From Balanoglossus misakiensis (Eukaryota; Animalia; Hemichordata): a stretch of 64,000 nucleotides of DNA. Each line of letters begins with the position of its first letter. Position 1 is the first letter of the stretch. Both the position numbers and the translations under genes were made by a program. The notes below the pieces were generated by a model. It saw nothing but the letters and a program-made list of their open reading frames with translations. It was not told where the DNA came from and ran no database searches. The stretch spans positions 741,530 through 805,529 of the forward strand of contig CM082586.2 in the NCBI GenBank assembly GCA_040954595.2, given 5' to 3'. This document shows positions 55,151-64,000 of the stretch, piece by piece.

Positions 55151-55864
55151 TTCATTCATTCAGTCATTCATAATCAGAGTACGCTTACCCATTCCGAAGA
55201 CCTGGTACCACCAATTAGCAGTAGTACAAGACGATCTTGTTGAAATTGTATTTTGTCTTATTTATTTCTTGGACCTGGTAATTATCTTACCTTGCATGAC
55301 AAGACCTGATTTGATGTCTTATTGTTTGATCAGGAAAGTCCATATCTCCAAAGCCACTCTGACATATTTGGGAAATGACTATGACGTTGAACCAGGCTAT
55401 GGACACGAACGCAGTTACTATCTTAAGTTGAAAGATGTTGAAACCTATCTTATCGTTGGTGATGAACCAAAGGTACGACTATTATTTTATTTGTAGATGC
55501 TTTTAAAGTTTCGCTTTTCGAAGCCATAATGGTCATTATCTATTCGTGACAATAACTGTTATCGCCGTGTCCACACACACTGAACTAAGATGACCTCTGA
55601 CCTTTCCAGAAATGTTCAGCATCGGAGAGAGTTCAGCTCCTCGAAGTAACAACAAATCCATCTGTCGCGTCTTCCAAGCAAAGTGAAACAAAACCACCGG
55701 AAGATAGTGGAATCATCAGCTACTCCGCGTCTTGTCGGGAAAGATCAAATTCATTGTCAACAACGTCTTGGAGCGCCGAACTTCCGTTTGATAACATAAT
55801 GAATCACGGACCAAGGGTAAGATCTAGACAGAGACAAACAGACTAGTGAGTTACAACTCAGGCG

Positions 55865-55910
<46 letters not shown>

Positions 55911-57435
55911 GAGACACATGACAGACAGATGGATTAATTCAATACTTACATACATATATGTGTTTTAATTATGATATATTTTATGTCTCATAGTGGTCGG
56001 TTACTGACGCCATTGGTCTTCTTCCATACCCGTTTGGCCACATCATTGGTGCTTCAAAGATTCCAGAAGAAGATGCTAAAAGAAGTGAAACCAACCGTTT
56101 GGTGGCGCATGCAATAGAGATTCGATCCAGTGACCAGCTCAGGAAAGAACATATAAGAAGAGTCACCCTAAGGTTCAAAGACAAGGATATTGAAAATAAC
56201 GTATGTAATATTAATGGAGCATGCAGCAAATTGACACTTGAACTGTCTGTTTACAGTTTTAGAAGTAAACATCCAAACATTTGTGTTGTTCTATGTACTT
56301 TGTATTTGTGTTGTAATTTTGTATGGTGTTTTCAAATATTGTACATTGTAATGTATTTGAGACTGTGAGAAGCATGTTTTAGAAATGTTTTTGAATTTTT
56401 GTGGATTTTCTTGTCGGTTATTTTTAGAAAGTGATATCATTATTTCTTTGACTATTATGTCTTGTTTATTTTTAGTAACAAATTGGCTATAAATTTGGAA
56501 AGGATTTCCAGCGAGAGAGAGATGCGAGATAGATGCGTTCAGTTGTGTTGTTCAGTCATCATAGGAAGTGAATAAAAGCTCACTGATGTCTTTACAGTGA
56601 GGACCAGTTGTAGTTATAGTGTGTTTCTTCAGTGTTACACCCATCAATGTAAAAGAACCTTGAGATCACTACATTGTGGCGGTCTGAGAATTTGAAGAGA
56701 TTGAAGTTTTAATTTATCACACAAACAACACTAATCTGAACTCCTATATTGGACTATGGTTTGGAATCACAGACACGCCACAATTTCTAGGTGTATATGG
56801 AAAGAGGTTACAATGTTTATGTTGCTCTTCTCTCCGTATAGTTCTCCATGATCCGTGATGATAATTTTAAATCTAATATGGTATGTGCCTTCATTATCTT
56901 CATATTTACCATGGTAACGCTTATGCTGATGACACCTAGGTAGGTCGTACACAAAATTGGAGTGCTTATATCTGAAATGTTTACTTCGCACACTAAAATA
57001 TGATAAGAATGGACAGTGCCATTTTGGAAAATTGTCGTGAAATTTTTTGCACAACTTCTTGACCTATCGTGGATTTTTGTTGCAACAGTAGAGTGGTTGT
57101 TCAGCCAAATTTCACTTCAACTTGTCATTTTTTTCTCTATTTCTTTCTTCGATCTGCTAATGACTTACGTTGCATGATCTAGATTATTGGACCTGATTTG
57201 ATGTCTTACTTTAAACTAATGTCTTTTTTTCAGGACAGTGGTAATGCTTGCTTTATTCCTGAGTGCAACAGCTATTTATGTCTTAGTCCTCATTGTTGTC
57301 ATGGCGGAAGAATATAAGCACTTCCCTTCGACTCTCCGAGATCTTTCTTGTCTTTTTGCTGAGAACAGATTGGCGCGAAGTAGTCTGATTATTTTCGTTG
57401 TCACTCTCTCATTCTTGGTAACTATGAGTAACTTG
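51312..57435 (+). CDS. ADCY8: Ca2+/calmodulin-stimulated adenylate cyclase type 8, 5' part (11 exons; remainder beyond the window)
   Basis: Exons 51312-52349, 53779-53928, 54103-54239, 54405-54517, 54617-54743, 54904-55062, 55334-55472, 55610-55816, 55994-56200, 56842-56939, 57234-57435. AC8-type motifs [81 protein letters not shown]. Confidence 0.9.
55076..55150. repeat. (TTTA)n microsatellite
   Basis: Direct reading; ADCY8 intron. Confidence 0.95.
55865..55910. repeat. (GACA)n microsatellite
   Basis: Direct reading; ADCY8 intron. Confidence 0.95.
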
Positions 57436-57491
57436 GTAAGTCACGTGCCAACAATTAACCTACCAACCTTCATGCATACATTCATACCACA

Positions 57492-57934
57492 ATTTTCATG
57501 TGCTATAACCCACGAAAAATGTCGAAAAGTGACAAAAACAGGAACATTCTCAAAGTCGAGAATTTGTCAGTATTTGAAGATTTTCATGAGCTATAACCCA
57601 TGAAAACTTTCAAAAATCGTGAAATTTCCAACTTTCCCCAAATCGAAAAATTCTCAGTTTTTGAAGATTTTCATGAGCTATAACCCATGAAAACTTTCAA
57701 AAATCGTGAAATTTTCAACTTTTGCCAAATCGAAAAATTCTCAGTTTTTGAAGATTTTATGAGCTATAACCCATGAAAACTTTCAAAAATCGTGAAATTT
57801 CCAACTTTCGCCAATTCGAAAAATTCTCAGTTTTTGAAGATTTTCATGAGCTATAACCCATGAAAACTCTCAAAAATCGTGAAATTTCCAACTTTCGCCA
57901 AATCGAAAAATTCTCAGTTTTTGAAGATTTACAT
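57492..57934. repeat. Border satellite subfamily: about 5 monomers of 86-88 bp sharing the GAGCTATAACCCATG core
   Basis: The core recurs at ~57500, 57588, 57675, 57761 and 57848. The rest of the monomer (AAAACTTTCAAAAATCGTGAAATTTCCAACTTT...) differs from the main array. Confidence 0.9.
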
Positions 57935-60900
57935 GAGCTATAACCCATGGTTTTTATCAAAAAATCACCAAATTTCGAAAATTCGCAAAGTCGAAAAATT
58001 GTCATTTCTGGATGATTTTCCTGAGCTATAACCCATGGTTTTTATCAAAAAATCATCAAATTTCGAAAATTCGCAAAGTCGAAAAATTGTCATTTTTGGA
58101 TGATTTTCCTGAGCTATAACCCATGGTTTTTATCAAAAAATCACCAAATATTGAAAATTCGCAAAGTCGAAAAATCGTCGATTTTTCACGATTTTCCTGA
58201 GCTATAACCCATGGTTTTTTCAAAAAATTACCAAATTTTGAAAATTCGCAAAGTCGAAAAATCGTCGATTTTTCACGATTTTTCTGAGCTATAACCCATG
58301 GTTTTTTCAAAAAATCACCAAATTTCGAAAATTCCCAAAGTCGAAAAATCGTCGATTTTTCACTATTTTCCTGAGCTATAACCCATGGTTTTTTCAAAAA
58401 ATCACCAAATTTCGAAAATTCGCAAAGTCGAAAAATCGTCGATTTTTCACGATTTTCCTGAGCTATAACCCATGGTTTTTTCAAAAAATCACCAAATTTT
58501 GAAAATTCCCAAAGTCGAAAAATCGTCGATTTTTCACGATTTTCCTGAGCTATAACCCATGGTTTTTTCAAAAAATCACCAAATTTCGAAAATTCCCAAA
58601 GTCGAAAAATCGTCGATTTTTCACGATTTTCCTGAGCTATAACCCATGGTTTTTTCAAAAAATCACCAAATTTCGAAAATTCCCAAAGTCGAAAAATCGT
58701 CGATTTTTCACGATTTTCCTGAGCTATAACCCATGGTTTTTTCAAAAAATCACCAAATTTCGAAAATTCCCAAAGTCGAAAAATCGTCGATTTTTCACGA
58801 TTTTCCTGAGCTATAACCCATGGTTTTTTCAAAAAATCACCAAATTTCGAAAATTCGCAAAGTCGAAAAATCGTCGATTTTTCACGATTTTCCTGAGCTA
58901 TAACCCATGGTTTTTTCAAAAAATCACCAAATTTCGAAAATTCGCAAAGTCGAAAAATTGTCATTTCTGGATGATTTTCCTGAGCTATAACCCATGGTTT
59001 TTTCAAAAAATCACCAAATTTCGAAAATTCCCTAAGTCGAAAAATCGACGATTTTTCACGATTTTCCTGAGCTATAACCCATGGTTTTTTCAAAAAATCA
59101 CCAAATTTCGAAAATTCCCAAAGTCGAAAAATCGTCGATTTTTCACGATTTTCCTGAGCTATAACCCATGGTTTTTTCAAAAAATCACCAAATTTCGAAA
59201 ATTCCCAAAGTCGAAAAATCGTCGATTTTACACGATTTTCCTGAGCTATAACCCATGGTTTTTTCAAAAAATCACCAAATTTCGAAAATTCCCTAAGTCG
59301 AAAAATCGACGATTTTTCACGATTTTCCTGAGCTATAACCCATGGTTTTTTCAAAAAATCACCAAATTTCGAAAATTCGCAAAGTCGAAAAATCGTCGAT
59401 TTTTCACGATTTTCCTGAGCTATAACCCATGGTTTTTTCAAAAAATCACCAAATTTCGAAAATTCCCAAAGTCGAAAAATCGTCGATTTTTCACGATTTT
59501 CCTGAGCTATAACCCATGGTTTTTTCAAAAAATCACCAAATTTCGAAAATTCCCAAAGTCGAAAAATCGTCGATTTCTCACGATTTTCCTGAGCTATAAC
59601 CCATGGTTTTTTCAAAAAATCACCAAATTTCGAAAATTCCCTAAGTCGAAAAATCGACGATTTTTCACGATTTTCCTGAGCTATAACCCATGGTTTTTTC
59701 AAAAAATCACCAAATTTCGAAAATTCCCAAAGTCGAAAAATCGTCGATTTTTCACGATTTTCCTGAGCTATAACCCATGGTTTTTTCAAAAAATCACCAA
59801 ATTTCGAAAATTCCCAAAGTCGAAAAATCGTCGATTTTTCACGATTTTCCTGAGCTATAACCCATGGTTTTTTCAAAAAATCACCAAATTTCGAAAATTC
59901 CCAAAGTCGAAAAATCGTCGATTTTTCACGATTTTCCTGAGCTATAACCCATGTTTTTATCAAAAAATCACCAAATTTCGAAAATTCCCAAAGTCGAAAA
60001 ATCGTCGATTTTTCACGATTTTCCTGAGCTATAACCCATGTTTTTATCAAAAAATCACCAAATTTTGAAAATTCCCAAAGTCGAAAAATCGTCGATTTTT
60101 CACGATTTTCCTGAGCTATAACCCATGGTTTTTTTCAAAAAATCACCAAATTTTGAAAATTCGCAAAGTCGAAAAATCGTCGATTTTTCACGATTTTCCT
60201 GAGCTATAACCCATGGTTTTTTCAAAAAATTACCAAATTTTGAAAATTCGCAAAGTCGAAAAATCGTCGATTTTTCACGATTTTCCTGAGCTATAACCCA
60301 TGGTTTTTTCAAAAAATCACCAAATTTCGAAAATTCCCAAAGTCGAAAAATCGTCGATTTTTCACGATTTTCCTGAGCTATAACCCATGGTTTTTTCAAA
60401 AAATCACCAAATTTCGAAAATTCCCAAAGTCGAAAAATCGTCGATTTTTCACGATTTTCCTGAGCTATAACCCATGGTTTTTTCAAAAAATCACCAAATT
60501 TCGAAAATTCCCAAAGTCGAAAAATCGTCGATTTTTCACGATTTTCCTGAGCTATAACCCATGGTTTTTTCAAAAAATCACCAAATTTCGAAAATTCCCT
60601 AAGTCGAAAAATCGACGATTTTTCACGATTTTCCTGAGCTATAACCCATGGTTTTTTCAAAAAATCACCAAATTTCGAAAATTCCCAAAGTCGAAAAATC
60701 GACGATTTTTCACGATTTTCCTGAGCTATAACCCATGGTTTTTTCAAAAAATCACCAAATTTCGAAAATTCGCAAAGTCGAAAAATCGTCGATTTTTCAC
60801 GATTTTCCTGAGCTATAACCCATGGTTTTTTCAAAAAATCACCAAATTTCGAAAATTCGCAAATTCGAAAAATCGTCGATTTTTCACGATTTTCCTGAGC

Positions 60901-63900
60901 TATAACCCATGGTTTTTTCAAAAAATCACCAAATTTCGAAAATTCGCAAAGTCGAAAAATCGTCGATTTTTCACGATTTTCCTGAGCTATAACCCATGGT
61001 TTTTTCAAAAAATCACCAAATTTCGAAAATTCGCAAAGTCGAAAAATCGTCGATTTTTCACGATTTTCCTGAGCTATAACCCATGGTTTGTTCAAAAAAT
61101 CACCAAATTTCGAAAATTCCCAAAGTCGAAAAATCGTCGATTTTTCACGATTTTCCTGAGCTATAACCCATGGTTTTTTCAAAAAATCACCAAATTTCGA
61201 AAATTCCCAAAGTCGAAAAATCGTCGATTTTTCACGATTTTCCTGAGCTATAACCCATGGTTTTTTCAAAAAATCACCAAATTCCGAAAATTCCCAAAGT
61301 CGAAAAATCGTCGATTTTTCACGATTTTCCTGAGCTATAACCCATGGTTTTTTCAAAAAATCACCAAATTTCGAAAATTCCCAAAGTCGAAAAATCGTCG
61401 ATTTTTCACGATTTTCCTGAGCTATAACCCATGGTTTTTTCAAAAAATCAGCAAATTTCGAAAATTCCCAAAGTCGAAAAATCGTCGATTTTTCACGATT
61501 TTCCTGAGCTATAACCCATGGTTTTTTCAAAAAATCAGCAAATTTCGAAAATTCCCAAAGTCGAAAAATCGTCGATTTTTCACGATTTTCCTGAGCTATA
61601 ACCCATGGTTTTTTCAAAAAATCACCAAATTTCGAAAATTCCCAAAGTCGAAAAATCGTCGATTTTTCACGATTTTCCTGAGCTATAACCCATGGTTTTT
61701 TCAAAAAATCACCAAATTTCGAAAATTCCCAAAGTCGAAAAATCGACGATTTTTCACGATTTTCCTGAGCTATAACCCATGGTTTTTTCAAAAAATCACC
61801 AAATTTCGAAAATTCCCAAAGTCGAAAAATCGACGATTTTTCACGATTTTCCTGAGCTATAACCCATGGTTTTTTCAAAAAATCACCAAATTTCGAAAAT
61901 TCGCAAAGTCGAAAAATCGTCGATTTTTCACGATTTTCCTGAGCTATAACCCATGGTTTTTTCAAAAAATCACCAAATTTCGAAAATTCGCAAAGTCGAA
62001 AAATCGTCGATTTTTCACGATTTTCCTGAGCTATAACCCATGGTTTTTTCAAAAAATCACCAAATTTCGAAAATTCGCAAAGTCGAAAAATCGTCGATTT
62101 TTCACGATTTTCCTGAGCTATAACCCATGGTTTTTTCAAAAAATCACCAAATTTCGAAAATTCCCAAAGTCGAAAAATCGTCGATTTTTCACGATTTTCC
62201 TGAGCTATAACCCATGGTTTTTTCAAAAAATCACCAAATTTCGAAAATTCCCAAAGTCGAAAAATCGTCGATTTTTCACGATTTTCCTGAGCTATAACCC
62301 ATGGTTTTTTCAAAAAATCACCAAATTTCGAAAATTCCCAAAGTCGAAAAATCGTCGATTTTTCACGATTTTCCTGAGCTATAACCCATGGTTTTTTCAA
62401 AAAATCACCAAATTTCGAAAATTCCCAAAGTCGAAAAATCGTCGATTTTTCACGATTTTCCTGAGCTATAACCCATGGTTTTTTCAAAAAATCACCAAAT
62501 TTCGAAAATTCCCAAAGTCGAAAAATCGTCGATTTTTCACGATTTTCCTGAGCTATAACCCATGGTTTTTTCAAAAAATCACCAAATTTCGAAAATTCCC
62601 AAAGTCGAAAAATCGTCGATTTTTCACGATTTTCCTGAGCTATAACCCATGGTTTTTTCAAAAAATCACCAAATTTCGAAAATTCCCAAAGTCGAAAAAT
62701 CGTCGATTTTTCACGATTTTCCTGAGCTATAACCCATGGTTTTTTCAAAAAATCACCAAATTTCGAAAATTCCCAAAGTCGAAAAATCGTCGATTTTTCA
62801 CGATTTTCCTGAGCTATAACCCATGGTTTTTTCAAAAAATCACCAAATTTCGAAAATTCCCAAAGTCGAAAAATCGTCGATTTTTCACGATTTTCCTGAG
62901 CTATAACCCATGGTTTTTTCAAAAAATCACCAAATTTCGAAAATTCCCAAAGTCGAAAAATCGTCGATTTTTCACGATTTTCCTGAGCTATAACCCATGG
63001 TTTTTTCAAAAAATCACCAAATTTCGAAAATTCCCAAAGTCGAAAAATCGTCGATTTTTCACGATTTTCCTGAGCTATAACCCATGGTTTTTTCAAAAAA
63101 TCACCAAATTTCGAAAATTCCCAAAGTCGAAAAATCGTCGATTTTTCACGATTTTCCTGAGCTATAACCCATGGTTTTTTCAAAAAATCACCAAATTTCG
63201 AAAATTCCCAAAGTCGAAAAATCGTCGGTTTTTCACGATTTTCCTGAGCTATAACCCATGGTTTTTTCAAAAAATCACCAAATTTCGAAAATTCCCAAAG
63301 TCGAAAAATCGTCGGTTTTTCACGATTTTCCTGAGCTATAACCCATGGTTTTTTCAAAAAATCACCAAATTTCGAAAATTCCCAAAGTCGAAAAATCGTC
63401 GATTTTTCACGATTTTCCTGAGCTATAACCCATGGTTTTTTCAAAAAATCACCAAATTTCGAAAATTCCCAAAGTCGAAAAATCGTCGATTTTTCACGAT
63501 TTTCCTGAGCTATAACCCATGGTTTTTTCAAAAAATCACCAAATTTCGAAAATTCCCAAAGTCGAAAAATCGACGATTTTTCACGATTTTCCTGAGCTAT
63601 AACCCATGGTTTTTTCAAAAAATCACCAAATTTCGAAAATTCCCAAAGTCGAAAAATCGTCGATTTTTCACGATTTTCCTGAGCTATAACCCATGGTTTT
63701 TTCAAAAAATCACCAAATTTCGAAAATTCCCAAAGTCGAAAAATCGTCGATTTTTCACGATTTTCCTGAGCTATAACCCATGGTTTTTTTCAAAAATCAC
63801 CAAATTTCGAAAATCCCAAAGTCGAAAAATCGTCGATTTTCACGATTTTCCTGAGCTATAACCCATGGTTTTTCAAAAAATCACCACCTCACGATCTCTC

Positions 63901-64000
63901 CAAGGTTTTTTCAAAAAACACCAATTTCGAAAATTCCCAAAGTCGAAAAATCGTCGATTTTTCACGATTTTTCCTGAGCGAAACCCATTGTTTTTTCAAA
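57935..64000. repeat. 87-bp tandem satellite array (about 70 monomers), continuing off the window
   Basis: Consensus GAGCTATAACCCATGGTTTTTTCAAAAAATCACCAAATTTCGAAAATTCCCAAAGTCGAAAAATCGTCGATTTTTCACGATTTTCCT. The 29-aa periodicity in the ORF track confirms the 87-nt period. Confidence 0.98.

Noticed and set aside
54093-56918. Additional X-box-like matches at ~54093 and 56905
   Set aside because: One overlaps a splice acceptor and the other lies in a coding exon, so other constraints explain them.
58056-63705. Long ORFs of 664, 365 and 1201 aa
   Set aside because: They are translations of an 87-bp (29-codon) satellite whose monomer lacks stops in those frames. A 1-nt indel breaks the frame near 60100-60130 and there is no gene context.
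57935-64000. CRISPR-like array
   Set aside because: There are no unique spacers (whole monomers repeat), the context is eukaryotic, and no cas genes are present.
63780-64000. Apparent divergence of monomers at the right edge
   Set aside because: Homopolymer indels and a scrambled stretch look like low-quality consensus near a contig end rather than biology.

Overview
Intron-rich eukaryotic genomic DNA from an invertebrate animal; the protein similarities and repeat style suggest a non-vertebrate deuterostome such as a hemichordate (inference only). Left to right: bystin/BYSL (+), MSH6 (+), WDR48/UAF1 (+), RAB20 (-), an internal Tx1/L1-clade LINE ORF2 fragment (+), an intronless GPR21/GPR52-like orphan GPCR (+), a short prokaryote-type SLC6/NSS transporter (+), ADCY3 (-) and ADCY8 (+, running off the window) arranged head-to-head, and a ~6.5 kb 87-bp satellite array inside an ADCY8 intron. 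The top finding is in the SLC6 gene: two tandem 163-nt paralogous exons (28233-28395 and 28668-28830) that cannot both be included in frame. They encode the TM6 unwound substrate-binding segment and differ (Ala vs Leu) at the position that aligns by eye to LeuT F259, suggesting a splice-controlled substrate switch. The same gene has an acidic dileucine signal and MITF/TFEB-type boxes, suggesting a lysosomal role. Other findings: the divergent ADCY3-ADCY8 pair with many RFX X-box motifs and a CRE, a duplicated splice donor in ADCY3, a LINE fragment lacking both ends but bounded by a short direct repeat, a piggyBac-type MITE in two copies, and internal structure in the satellite. All calls come from manual reading and recalled family motifs; no searches were run.
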